Origin: Lama guanicoe
Lineage: Eukaryota
DNA: 64,000 bases
Direction: 5' to 3'
Assembly: GCA_013239625.1 (NCBI GenBank)
Contig: MU054323.1
Location: forward strand, 186,001-250,000
Below are positions 35,456-48,364 of the stretch, piece after piece; within the stretch, counting starts at the first letter, position 1, and each line of letters starts with the position of its first letter. A model generated the notes under the pieces. The model saw only the letters and a list, made by a program, of their open reading frames with translations, was not told the DNA's origin and made no database searches. Position numbers and translations under genes: made by a program.

Positions 35456-38400
35456 CCCCCTGTCACCTCACTGCATAAGCGGTCTGGGAAGGGACTGGAA
35501 GCTGACAGGAGGGTCACTGCTGTCCCTGAGCTGCTCCTCACCTGCCTTCAGGTGACAGGCCAGCCTTGGGGGGGTTCAGGCAGAGTCCAGAGTCAGGAAG
35601 TGAGGCTGTGCCCAGAGCAGACCCAGAGGGGAAGAAGCAAAGCCTCCAGAGGGCTCCAGGCTGGCCTGGCCAGGCAGACTCGCTGGCACACCTCCACGCC
35701 CTCCCCGGGGATGTAAGCAATGTTCTATGATGTGTGCACTGGCCCTCAGCCGCCCCCAGAGAGAGATGGGGCCCCGCACCTTCCCCAGCCAGGCTGGGCT
35801 TGGGCAGCCAAGGGCTGAGTGTACTTTGAGATGAATGGAGCCCACAGTGAGATGTAGGCCCCGGGCCGGAACCCAGGGGGCAGTGGCCTGAGCTGTCCCC
35901 TTGGTTGTGTGGGCGTCAGTGAGGGAACCCATGGGGCTGCATGCAAATGAGCCACTGAGGGGGTGGGAGTCTGCCCCAGAGCAGAGCCTCCGGCACACAG
36001 CCTCACCCCTCTGGGATGCTACGAGGCACAACGAAGCTTGCCTGGGCCTGCGCATCCTTGGAGACAAATCTGCCATGCTATGTGGAACGCAGGGTTCACA
36101 CCCTCGGACCCTTACTGGTCCAAACTCCCTCCAGAACCCAACAAAACCCACTGTGTGCACACATACTCTTGTGGGCAGGTGTCAAGGCAGGAGAACAAAT
36201 GATTCAGGCCTGGGACTCGGTGCCTCCCTGGACCCAAACAGCTCCCCAGACCTTTATGCTGACATGCAAATAATTACAAAGTCACCAGAGAGTTCGTGCC
36301 AGTCCCACGGCCATTTCTCGTCTATTGTCTCATCTGATTCTCACAGCCACATTTCGAGGTTAACAAAGCAGAAAACCTCTTCCCTGAAAACCTCTTCTCC
36401 AGATGAAGAAGCTATGGTTTGCCCAGCATAGGTGACTTAGACCAGGTAAATTGCCAGTTGGTGGCAAAGCCGGCCCCAGAAACAAGCTTTTGTGGCTCTT
36501 AGTCAAAAGTGTTTCATCCTCCCCCCACCCCCTTTGCTCTGCTGGGGGTCCCCAGTGTCTGCCTGGCAGCCTTGGGCTCCGACTCTCCTCTCCGTGGGCT
36601 CCCACTGGACGGACTCGCTCTGCCGGCGTTCTCGAAGCTCAGGCGACTTGTGCTCTGCCCTCTCTGGCTCTTGGGCCACCTTCATCCAGCTGGGGCTGGT
36701 CCCAGGGCTCCTTCCTGTCCAGGAGGAGCAAATTGAAGATTTTAATGGGTAAATCACTTGGAGAATGTTTCAACTTGGTCCTACAAAGGGGACGAACAGT
36801 CTACCCAGACATCAAGGAAGACATTGATCTGCTGTGTTAACTGGCTCGGTAGAGGTGGGGAAGGGGGTGGGGAGACACAATCTTGGCCAAGACATGGTTC
36901 CATTGAGGAGCTGCTTGCCCAGTGTCCCTTGCTGGGGACAGGAGTCTTCTCTATGAAGGACCTGGGGAGTGTACTTGACCTAGATCTGCCAAAACTTCTC
37001 CATTGAGGGTTTTTTTTTTTTAAATTCAGAACTCTAAAAATATGGCAAAAGCTATTGAGAAAGTCTTAGCCCAGGCTGCAAAGGGCGAGCTGTCCAGAGT
37101 AGGGTCGTGCAGTGGTCTGTGATCTCACCAGGAAGAGCTGAGACGTCTCCACCGAGTGAGGCAGTGGGAGGGGGCTTGGATGATGGGCCGTGGCTGGTTG
37201 GCTCATGTCGGGTTCTTAACATCTCACATCGTGTGTGCATCATCTGTGATTTGAAGGGGGAGCCTTCGTCTTCATTTTCTTTTGTTTGGGTTGAAAATGG
37301 ACTTTCTCCTCCGAATTCCTTTTGTCTTCATCTGAAAACGGGACAGATGTAAAAGGCCTGGCAAGTGTCTGTGATCTGGGTGAAAACATCTGGTCCCGGC
37401 ACAAACTAAACACATCCGCAGGGGCCAGGAGCGTCCCCCTGCGCCCGCTACCGTTTGACTTCTTTTATTAATAACTTGGGAGGATTGCCGGCGAGGACTT
37501 CTGGCAGGAATGAAAGGAAATGATCCAGGAAAAAAAAAATCAAACCCATAAATAAGTTAAAGTCACCGGAGGAGGGCGTTTGATCTTTTCTTTCTTTTTT
37601 TTTTTTTAAGTGAAATATGGGCATTTCCCTTCCGAACCCTGCAGGTGGGGCGGGGGCGGGGGCACCGAGGGATCTGTGTTCTCAGGGGTTAATGGGGGGC
37701 GGGAGGGGCAGACGTTTCACTTTAAAACCACAACCTCTTCTCATGGGTCTTTCGGGAGTTGGGAAGTCGAGCTTGGTGGTGGGGAAGGCTGTGTGGAGCA
37801 GAAGGAAGAACACGAACTCTGGAAGCGGGCAAAGCTGGGTTTTAAACTGGTTACATGCTCTTGGGCAAGTTCATCGCCCAAACCTTATGCTGTTTTGTGT
37901 CAACTGGGGTTAAGAATGCCTGCCTCTCAGAATATGTGGGGGAACTGAAGCTGGTGGTGTGAATGAATGCGTGTTCACTGATTGCCGCCGTAATTCAACG
38001 GCCCAACCGAACACAAACTGCCCTCTCCGAGTCCAGGGCAGGTCGACAGGGCTTCCCTCGAGTCCGCGATGCAGGCAGGAGGACCAACCGCACGTGCCGT
38101 TTGGCTGGGGCCATGCTGGTTGACACGGGCTATCCCAGCCTAGTGATCATTGGCCCCTCCCTTTCATTGTTGAAAATGTCCCAGTTTGGATAATAAATTG
38201 TATGGGTATTATTACTCCAGACTCAGGGCGCCAGACTCCTCCTGACCCCTGATGCCCCCATCTGTACAGGTGGCGTTCAAGGTCATCCTGGCACAATGAC
38301 CCTTAAATGCCTCAGCCCAGAAAGCATTCATGCCCCCACTTCTTTGGCTGCACTGGCCTCATTTGCCAGCACTGGTGTCTTCCCAGGTGCCAGGAAGGAG

Positions 38401-39354
38401 AGGTGGGCCAGGTACGGGTGTGCTGGCCTGAAATGAGTCTCAAGAAATGTTTTGTCCCTCCCGCCTTCCTCCCTACCCTTCCTCTGCAGGATCCTGGCAT
38501 ATAAGGAAAAAAATGTGGTCATGGGGTCATGTCAGACGGCAAAACCCCAAATGTTCTAGGAAATAGACGTTTTTAAAGTTAAATGAACTATAGCCTTTCA
38601 CTGTTTCCAAAAGGCTTTGACAGTCGTGATCTAACTTGACCTTCCTTATTGGATGATCACACCAGGGGGCAGATACTGGAATTTCTATTTATAAGAGAGA
38701 AAACAGGTTCAGAGAGACACTTCCCCATTTCACTAGGCTACAGAATGATGGAGCCAAGACTTGAACTCAGTTCTCCCAGCTTCTCCCCCTCTCACGGGCC
38801 TACGAGTACACAGGCAATTCTCACAGGTGCCGTCCTCAGCAAGCACACGGATGGATTTCCCACAGGACCGAGAGTGGGTGGTGAGGCCAGGGCTGAGGAC
38901 TGAAGGCTGCTCATCTAGGATCTCAGAATAACAGAGGTGGAAGGGACCTTGAAAGGCAATCTTCATTTTTGTACTTGGGGGAAACTGAGACCCAAAGAGG
39001 GGCAAGGACTTGCCAAGGATCACATAGCAAGCTAGTCAGCTGACTCTTCTGATTCCTACCAAAGTGTTCTTTCTGCTTCTCCGTTACAAAGTCCAAGAGG
39101 AGAAGACAGAGAGGTCAACTGTTTCCTTGGTTATTATGAAAAGGAGAGAAGCTATCAGAAGCAGAGGGGACAAGGTAGTATATGATCTTTGCCATGTCAG
39201 TGGGAAGCGGCAGGACCCTCAGACACTAAACAACAGGAAATCCCTGCAGGCTCAGGGAGCTGGGAGTCTTTGCGCTGGTGACACTGGGGCCAGACTCTGG
39301 TGGTGAGGAGTGCCAGCTCTCCACTACGGTCCACTCTGCCATGGAGCTGGCAAC

Positions 39355-39675
39355 ATGGCTGCCCCGATGCTTCACATTTTCCAGGCATCCTGGAGGTTAG
39401 CTTGGCCCCATGACAAAATCTGCATCAGTGGAATGCGAACAAAAAGGATGTCACACTTCTAAACCTCACCAATAAAATCTTCTGAATATACATGCATTTC
39501 CCTCCTTGCAGAGAGCTCATACCTTGGAGGTCAAGTGTTGAAGATGGTAGAGCCGCAGCCAGCCTGAACACCCCATCCATCCTCTGTGGCTGTAGGAACG
39601 CATCTCTTGTTCTTAAAACCACAAAATTCTTGAGAGCTGTTTAATGTAGAAGCTTGGACGATTCTAACTAACATA
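39355..39675 (+). mobile_element. MLT1 (MaLR) LTR fragment, MLT1J-like
   Basis: CACATTTTCCAGGCATCCTGGAGGTTAG...CAGTGGAATG...GTGTTGAAGATGGTAGAGCC...CTAACTAACATA. Confidence 0.7.
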
Positions 39676-39764
39676 GCCTTGAAGACCAGATAAGCCTTCA
39701 GAGGAAGAGATGGAAATAAGCCATTCTCGTTGGAAGGAATTGGCTGCAAAAACATATAGATTCT

Positions 39765-40440
39765 CATCCGTCTATCCATTCTTTCAACAAATATTTACTG
39801 AGCATGTGTGGGTGCCCCGTGCACCATGCTGGGAACTGGGCAAACAAGATGAGTGATTCAGCTCTTGCCCTCAGGAAGCTCCCAGTCTAAGTGGGCAGAT
39901 CGCCAATCAGGATACAGGTACTTACAGAGGGAAGGCACAAACCCAGCTTGGTTGGAAACAGAGAGGATTTATTTCCTGAAAAAGGTGATATTAAAGCTGA
40001 GACTTGGAGTGGGAGAGCAGGTCTAGGCTGGCCAAGGCAAGCTTTGGGCTTAGGGATAGTGAGAGAGGGTGCCATCCAGGAAGACACAAATGAACCAGAA
40101 TCTGTGACAATTGGATTACAAAGAGTTGGTACTTGATCCCGTAGGCAGTGGGAGCCATGGAAGAAGTCAGAGCAAGAGAGTGACATGATCAGATTAGTGT
40201 TTAAAATAAATCTCTCCCTGGGTGGGGAGGGTAGAGCTCAGTAGTAGAGCATGTGCTTAGCATGCACGAGGTCCTGGGTTCAATCTCTAGTACCTCCATT
40301 AAAACAAACAAACAAACCTAATTACACCCCCATCTCCAAAAAACAAACAAAGAGAATTTTTAAAAAAAGACTAAAGTTCAATCAGTCAATCAATCAAAAT
40401 AACAAATCTCTCCTTAGCAGCTGTGTGATGGATGAAGCTG
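39765..40440 (-). mobile_element. L2 fragment interrupted by the SINE at 40220
   Basis: TTCAACAAATATTTACTGAGC...TTGCCCTCAGGAAGCTCCCAGTCTA...GGCAGTGGGAGCCATGGAAG...AGTGACATGATCAGATT. Confidence 0.85.
40220..40403 (+). mobile_element. tRNA-derived SINE (Vic-1-like) with TSD
   Basis: GGGGAGGGTAGAGCTCAGTAGTAGAGCATGTGCTTAGCATGCACGAGGTCCTGGGTTCAATCTCTAGTACCTCC; AAATCTCTCC at 40208-40217 and 40404-40413. Confidence 0.92.
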
Positions 40441-41799
40441 GACACCAGTCTCTGGATCCCACTCCTAGCCCAGCAGATCTGGTTGTCTTGCCTTTACCCT
40501 GGGTCACTGTGACCAGGTGGGTCCCTCCAATCCATTTTCAAGAGGACAGTGTGACTGTGCTTCTGGAGCACACAGAGGACCAAGTCTTCTCCCGCTTCGA
40601 GCCTTCTGTAGTCTCCCATCACTCTTCAGACAGCCCCCACTGTCTAGCCACAGGTCACCTGTCAGCCTCAGCTCTTGCCACTTCTCACCTCGTCCTCTGC
40701 CAACAGACTCACTGCTCCTCAAAAGTAGCTTGTTCTCTCTTCCCTCTGGGACCACATCTGGGACCACAAACAGGTCGTTCCCCCATTCCCCCATCTCATC
40801 TCCCCAACCCTGTCCCTCTCAATTTCACTTTTCCTGCAAATCTTAACTTAGATGGCATTTCTATCTGGAAACCTTTTCTGACCCAAGGCTAGGAGAGGTA
40901 CACCTACCCCATGGTCCCCCTGCAGCCTGCCCCTTGGTTTTTGGTCATAGCCTATTTACCAGTGTGTATCCCCCTTCAGACCATAGTAACGAGATACAAC
41001 AAGAAAAGTAGGACTGTCTTGGTGACAGCTCTGTCCCTAGTGCCTAAGTGTAGTTTGTGGCACTTTTGCACTATGGGTGGAATGCATGCCTGAAGGCAAG
41101 AGACCCTTCTTGGTCACCCAGATGTGTGAAGCAGAGGACTCGGACAAGGGCGGGGCTAGAGGGACGGCGAGGAGAGCAGTGGGCATGCGCCCTGCTGAAG
41201 AACTTGGCGAGCGTTATCAACAGGGTCCAGCTGCCCTCAGCTCGCCCTGCCACTCCCACCAAGTGTGGCCGAGGATCCCGGGCTTCTAGGGATGAGCCCT
41301 GGTGGAAGGAGACCACCATGTCATGTGACAGGTTGTGAAATCCTCGTCCCTTATGCACACCTGGGAGACAACATTTGCTGTTTAGTATTCCAACGTCTCT
41401 TTAAGTTTCTGTCTCTTCCACTGGACTGACGACTCCTTGAGGGCAAGGACTGGAGCTTAGCTAGGCCCCTACCTCCAGCTATTGGCAAAGAGTGGTGCAG
41501 AGAAAAGCCTCTGAAAGAGCTTATTAAAATAATCTGAACTTGGCTGAGATTCAGACCCTGCCTTCAAAGACCTCACAGTGAATTTCAGGTGACATCTATA
41601 GACACAAATAAGTTTTCCAAGGGGGCGAGGGGATGAGGGGCAGAAGGTATTTAAAGTGTGGGACTGTGCTGCCAAGCACAGAGGAACGTTCATTGATTCT
41701 GATTTGGGGGAGTGTAGCGAGTCCCCCCCCGGTGAATACCTGCACACCTCCTGCTTCAGGGTAGTGGATTTAGTGCCAGGGAGCAGGGAAGTCATCACA

Positions 41800-42372
41800 A
41801 TGACCAAAGTCCTCTAACAAACAGCCACCAGATCTCTGTGGCTCAGCTGATGAAGATTTATTTCTTGCTTCGATCCCAGTGCCATGTAGGCTGGCAGAGA
41901 GTCCCACAGTCATGCAGAGACACAGGCACCTTCCATCCAGAGCTGGGTTTCTCAGCTGTGGCATTTGAACACTTTGGAATCCAACAATTTGTTGTTGTGT
42001 GTGGGGGGGGGCTGCCTGTGCTTTGTCAGCTGTTTAGCTGCGTCCCTGGCCTCTACCTACTAGAGATTAGTACCACACACACACCTAGTTGTGGCCGTGT
42101 CCCCTGGTTGGCAAAATTATCCCCAGTTGAAAACCACTGATCTAGGATCCCTCCTCTGGATCCTAGAGTGCTCCGTTGGCTCCCCCATCTCCACCTGGAA
42201 GACAAGGAGAGGGACAGACTGGATGGGACACATAGCATGGACATTCTATCAGACAGACACAGTCGCATGGCCACAGCTGATTGAGAGGGAGTCTGGGACA
42301 GAAAGGTGGCGTACCTGTGCCCCTGGGAGGAAAAGGAAGTGGTTTGGGGACCAGCTAGTCAATCTCTTCCAC
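41800..42372 (-). mobile_element. MLT1 (MaLR) LTR relic interrupted by MER20
   Basis: TAACAAACAGCCACCAGATCTCTGTGGCTCA...GATTTATTTCTTGCT and CAGTCGCATGGCCACAGCT...GGGAGTCTGGGA...GGAAAAGGAAGTGGTTTGG. Confidence 0.65.
41943..42139 (-). mobile_element. MER20 hAT-Charlie DNA transposon
   Basis: Reverse complement CAGTGGTTTTCAACTGGGGATAATTTTGCC...CTAGTAGGTAGAGGCCAGGGACGCAGCTAAACA...GCTGAGAAACCCAG; both termini present, short internal deletion. Confidence 0.92.
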
Positions 42373-43510
42373 CAGTAGTTGGAGTCCATGTATTTTATTT
42401 TCATTCTTAAAGATAAGAGAAAACAAATTTTCTTTCCAAATCACCAGTGGGGGCTCATTCTGGTCTCCAATCCATCAACCAGACCTGCCGGAAGGTCTTT
42501 GGCTCACCTGGAAAGCCGAAGGAACAGTCTCCTCCCACATCACAGCTCCTCCTGCGACTGATGACCGATGACGTGAACTAGCAACACCCAGAACTGCCGA
42601 CCCCCTCCAGCCACCATGCTGAGCTGGCATCTCTGGTGTTACCGTGGCATCTCGGAGGGGCTGCAGGACCCAGAGATGTCCGCCCCTGGCCTGAAGGAGG
42701 GTGTTTCCCGACCGCAGTAGGAGTTTTCCTCACGTAACAACCGTCTTGGAGAACAGATCATAAACAAATGCCAAAAAGCAAGAGCCGTGATTGTACGAAT
42801 CTACATGGAAGTGAGGGAGTCCAGTGGGAGTCCGGGTGGGGAGAAAGGTGCATAAAACAGCAGTGCGGGGTGAGCCTGGTCCACGTGCGAAGCTTCGAGG
42901 GCTTTTCTAAGGGGAACAGAAGATACCTGAGAGACCACTGTGGCAGGCCAGGGTGGCGGAGGTAACTTGGGCTCCCGATGGAATGTCAGCACAAATCCTT
43001 TCTTCTGAACTTTATCGGTGGAGAGTGAGTGCTTTGACTCTCTGGATGAACTGAATTTTTCTAGACGTGTCTATAGGGAAAATGGCCATTTGAACCCCTC
43101 CAGGAGGCCCTTTCTCCAACGGCGGGCGTGCAAACTCCTGGAACTTCTCCACCACAAATGCTTCATGTGGTGTAGCCCAGAATTAATTAGAAAAGAGGAA
43201 AAAAAAAATCTCTCAAGTCAAAACACATATCTCACAACCTATTAGCATTAAGATTAGCATTAAAGAAAGTTGGAAACTATAACGTTTTAAGCACAATTTA
43301 TAAGTCTAATTTCCTGTGTGTCACTCTCAGATAATAAATGCTTTTCCTTCAACTGGAAAAACCAAGATCTGAGGGGCTGAGAACATTTCCCGTTTCTGAT
43401 AGAACACACCTTCCTGTGTAGCAAGGAAGTCCCCTGACCTCGGGCCTCCTCAAGGTGCTACTGATTTTTGACAGAATTCCTCAGGCAAGGGCTTTGAAAG
43501 AGGCAAAGCC

Positions 43511-43529
43511 GGGGGAGGGGAGGGGAGGG
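43511..43529 (+). other. Canonical G-quadruplex motif
   Basis: GGGGGAGGGGAGGGGAGGG: four G-runs with 1-nt loops. Confidence 0.7.
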
Positions 43530-46500
43530 CGATCTGGGGTCCTGGAGGGACAAGGTTAATTGCTTGGAGCCTTGGAGGGTGGAGCTGTGCGTGGAGGGGA
43601 TGCCGGCTGACCCGGAGGCCCGCTTCCTGTATTGCTGTGGAAGAAGTCCGTCGCCCATCGCTTCCATAATAAGACATTCCTGCTAATTTGCCAGGAGCTG
43701 AAAGGGATTTCTGTTTTTAGCTTGGGGTCTGTGGCAACGGTTTTGTTTTAAATGAAAATGAAATGGGGACATGGAGCTGGACTTGGGGGAGGGGGAGGCA
43801 GCCGTAATTGAAGTGCATGACTGGTAATTACCTCGTTCTTTCTTTCACTCATCATGTTGACAGAGAAAGCTATTACCCAGCAGCTCCGTTTCCACAAATT
43901 GCCCTTCTCTGAGGACCTGGGGAGGGGGTGGGCCACGATGGTGCTGGAGGAAGTCACCGCTTTGTTCCAGAAAGTGGGTCTCCAGCCGTCCTTGGAATGC
44001 GGTCCCCAGAGTCTCTTAACCAGAGGGAGGGGAGATGAGGGGGAGACCCCGAGTGAGAAGGTGGGGAGGGTCACCTGGGGAGAGGGATCTTCTCCCAACC
44101 AGGGTTTTTGCCCAAGCTCTCATCAAGGAGGTGCATTTGGAATGCTGTGTAGACGGATGGGGAGACAGCCTTGTCTCTGTCTCAGGAAGAAAGGAAGTTG
44201 AAGAGGGAGGCACTGACTGAAGTACCAGTGCCATTTTGGAAGCTCTTGGATATCTGTGCAATAAATGAACAGAGTTCTTCAGGTGGGAGATGGTCCTCGG
44301 CCGGGCCCTCTCCCATCTAGGGGTCTGCCCACCCTGCCTCCCTCCCTCCATCTCTCCCACCTTCCTCCGACGTCATCCTTCCTCTTGCATGCGCTGCCCT
44401 TCCTCCCTCCCCTCCAGCCGACTGTTCCACTCTTTCCTCTTGTCCTCACCTCCCAGAGGGCTGCTCCCCCTACCAGCTCCCCTCGGCCAACAAAGTTGGG
44501 AGAGTTCGAAGGAGCTCTGTTAGCTGGCAGTGGCCTCCCCCCCTCCCCCCGTCCTTCCAAATAGTCTCTCAGCCTGAGGTCTCCAGCATGCGGGTGGGCT
44601 TTAGAAACCTACCCACCAGTAACCAGAAAATATGGTCCAGGGGTGAGTCGGGGAGGGACCTCAGTGCGGTCTGGCTTCAGCCCTCTTCCACCTTTGCCTC
44701 AGGATAGGCTCCTTCAAAAAATGGTTATGGAGCCTCCATTGTGAACGAGACAATTCAAAGACGGAGCAAGACACTAACCTCACGGTGAAGAGGTTCATGG
44801 CTGGCATGGGGAGGAGGGGTGGTTGTAGGGGGGAGGGGAGGATAAAAGGCATTTCGTTATACTTGGAGCCCAAGACAGAATGTCACCAAAGCTGAGGGGC
44901 CCCGAAGCCCCGTTTCTGCTCCACGTTTCATTCAATGAACACCAATCCAGCATCCACAGTAATTTAAAAGCAACAGAATTTGTGACTTCAGCGTCTGAAG
45001 GGAATATCCAAGGAAGATTGCATTCATAACACACAGCCAAGCCTGAAAATCCTTTCTTAATAAAGTGATTTCAATCTCTCCCTGAAACCCAGCTTTCTGT
45101 TCCCTCACTTCCACCAGTAACTCTCTGACTTGCCCAGGTAAATCCAGCCCCCTGCCTTGTCCAGTTTTCCAATTTTCATCCTATTGACCCTGGGTTCCTC
45201 CCTCCGCACAGTGACCAGGCAGAGGTGGGTGGAAGGGTCCTGGATTTGAGGCACTGTCCCTGCCAGGCCACAGCTGCTGTGGGTCCATGGTCTGCATTCT
45301 CCACCGCGGCTAGTCTTCACGCTTGAGAGGCAACGTTACAGGTTTCCCATACAAGCGCGTGGCTCTGCACTGGAGCCCCGCTATGGCCACACCCTGGGGA
45401 GGGAGTGAATAAGGAAACAGATGCCCAGCAGGCTCCTGAGAGCTCCCGGGGCGGAACTGTTGTCCTGCTTTTTGCCACTAGATTCTTGTAAGTCCTGGCA
45501 CGGGGCCAAAGCAGAACAGGGGGAAATGCCTGCTGATGGGACAGGACTGAGAGCTGCTTTCCAAATAGTTGGAGAAGGGCAAGGATGTAAAGATTGACGA
45601 GGATCTGTAATTAGATCCTGTCTCACTAACACTGGAGGGGCCTTGGCAAAGAGGACGGGCTACTCAGGGTCTCCGGCACCCCCTCCTTGGGCACCCTGCA
45701 GGCTGTGCCCCGTTTTCTTACTCCCTTCCCGTGGGACCCTGGTCCTCAGAGAGGAGGGACCTGGGGGTTTCAGATGCATTCTACAGAGAAGTGGTTTCAG
45801 TTACATAGGGAGAGTCATGGACTGTCTAGCTGTCCTCAAATTACTTGGCTAAGATCCACTGGAGAAGCAGGTGGTACCCTCGAACCAGAAGTATGTGACT
45901 CACCTGGAGTCACCTACAAACAGCAATCAAAATCCTCGAGTGACATCCTCGGGGTACACATCTGAACGTGTTCCAGTCCAAGCGAGTGCAGAATTAGAGA
46001 CTACGTTCACAGACAGTCATGGGTGGGAGGGACCAGAAACAGCACCCAGTCCAACACTTCATAAGACTGGTGGAGAAACTGGGACCCAGAGGGGAGAAGA
46101 TGCTTGTCCAGAATCACACAGCAAGGGCCCAGTCTCCCACTCCCAGGTCCTGTCTTTCCTCGCTGCCCTGCACTCCCTGCGGGGTTCCTTTCAAGAGGAA
46201 AATCTCTAGGGTGGAAACTCCCTCCACTGCCTCCCTTCGGGGTTATTTTTTAGAGATTCATGGACATATATTTCAGTTTTTTCCCCTAAATGAATGCTTA
46301 AAATTCAAGCATCCTTTGTTCCGCTTGATCCTGGAAGAATAATTTTAGAGATTTCAAGATCTCACTTAACAAGCTTTACATCTTGATGAAATGCTGATTT
46401 TCATATTGTTCTCAAACTGCACAGTTGCAGAAGCCACTGCCAAATGAAAGCAGGCTATTTCGAAGGAAAAAGTTTAAAATTTAAATCCGTGACAAGTGAT

Positions 46501-46589
46501 GACAAGTCCGAGGGTGAATGAAATGACGAACACAGTGTGTGCATGGAAAGGCGGCAGGGCGTGGTGAGAGACGCTCGGACTGTGGCCAG

Positions 46590-46745
46590 GGCTCTGGCTC
46601 AGATCTTGACCTGGTCCCTGCTGGCTGCGTGACCTCCAAGGACAGGTCAGCCCACCTCCCTGGACCTCAGCATCCTCAAATGTGAAATGGAGCCACTCAC
46701 ACTCACTTGACGAGGTTCTGTGCAAGACAAGATGTATGTAAATTG
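46590..46745 (+). mobile_element. MIR SINE fragment
   Basis: CTGGCTGCGTGACCTC...CCTCCCTGGACCTCAGCATCCTCAAATGTGAAATGG. Confidence 0.75.
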
Positions 46746-47461
46746 CTTGGGGGAAGCTAAGCCACCAAATACAATTCCACTTGTAAATGATAAAAGGAAT
46801 CTGGGCTGGCAGTGAGGATCCAGCTAGTTATTACTGCCTCCTGATGGGCAAGTGACAAGGAACAAGGAAATCCATGTGTTCCTTGCACAGGGCTGGGTGC
46901 TCACTGCGGTGTTGTTCAGTTACAGAGTCGGGAGTGTGGGAGGCATCGTGATGGGTGAGACACAGAACTGGATCAGGAGTCTGGCTATGTGATGGGGGGC
47001 AGGTCATCATGCTCTCTGGGCCTGGACGTCCCAGGTGGACGTTGAGCCAGTGGGTCAGACATTGCACATGGCATCTGGGTCAAGGACAACTCCGAGCAGT
47101 GCCTAGAACAGGGGCTGGCACGGAGTTTAATATATCTTGAATCAGTGAATGAATCAGTGATGGCTGTCCTGGGCCCAGTTTTGAGAAAAATCAGGAGGCC
47201 TCGACCAGGCTTGGCAGGAACATTTATGGTGACTAATGAGCCACGTCGGCCATGGGCAAGGTCAGGAAGGGGCGAGGGCTTCACGTATGGCAGTTACTGA
47301 AGCTGGACTAGACGAGTGCCAAGCCCCTGCAAGTAACGGGCAAGATCTGGTTCTGTGTCCACTGGGCGTTGGAATCACGTGATGCAGAAGAACCGATTTC
47401 TAACTGCCTGGAGAGCTGGGTGCAGGGCGATGGCCTCGGCCGCCTGGGCTCTGTCCGCACA

Positions 47462-47475
47462 ACCGCAGGGGGCGC
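47462..47475 (+). promoter_or_regulatory. Candidate CTCF motif in a locally CpG-rich patch
   Basis: ACCGCAGGGGGCGC, 12/14 to core consensus; motif match only. Confidence 0.35.
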
Positions 47476-47828
47476 CCTTCGCCTCGCCCAGAGGGCGTTC
47501 CCAGAGCCGCTCAGCACAGCTGTGCTGGGTGGGAGCACTGAGTGGCCTGGGAGTCCCGAGACCTGGCTTCTCGCCGCACTTGACTGGGATCGGCTGCCAA
47601 CTCCTAGGGGGCCCATGTTCAAGCCCCTCCCTCTTGGGCTGCCATGTTCAAATCGTCATTCGTGGAATCCCCTGGCTCCTACGGACTCTCCTTGGACCCT
47701 GTTCCAAGCTCTTGGATGGTAGGAGGTTCTGTTTGCCTTGCCAGGGAGCCAGGCCCCTGACTGGGGCAAACGGAATTTGTTTCCCGGCAGCTGCAAAGAC
47801 AGACTGATGCTTCAGACCAGGAGAAGCA

Positions 47829-47868
47829 GGGGTGATGCTGGGGTGATGCTGGGGTGACGGGTGGGGGG
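47829..47868 (+). repeat. 11-bp tandem repeat (GGGGTGATGCT, about 2.6 units) forming a G4 motif
   Basis: GGGGTGATGCT GGGGTGATGCT GGGGTGAC GGG T GGGGGG. Confidence 0.85.
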
Positions 47869-48364
47869 CTTCTGGCAGAGACCAGTGCCCTCGCCAGCTC
47901 TGAGGCTCTGGGGCTGGACACCAGACCTTTTGTCCCCTCTTAGGAGCGCTCATGTGGTGATGACCTTTAGACACCGGTGTGAGATGCACCCCAGCCTTCC
48001 TGTTCTGGCTCAAGGGAAGGATCCAGCCCACCCGTGGCACACGAGCACCGGCTCTGCCAACGTGACAGCAGTTTTCTGCACGGGCCCCACCGGGCCCTCC
48101 CTCGGAGCCCTGGTATTGCCCCGTCTCCTGCCTGGACTCCCGCCCTCCTTCCTCACATTCACCCTTCACAGTCCCGTTTGAGTGTAACCATCTCAGCGAG
48201 GCCACCCCGACTTCACCTTCCAGAGAGAATCACCCTCTCTTCTGCTCCTCTTCTATTTCAGGGTTCCCCCACAGAGCACTTAACACACTGGGTTAGAGTG
48301 GTCTCCCCCCAGTGCCTGGGAGCTTTCCGGGAAGGGCCGGTATCTGCACAAAATAAGAATAAGC

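Noticed and set aside
37585..37650. Long pyrimidine tract ending in AAG, like a splice acceptor
   Set aside because: Simple poly-T run with only a weak downstream donor (CAG/GTGGGG) and no partner exons.
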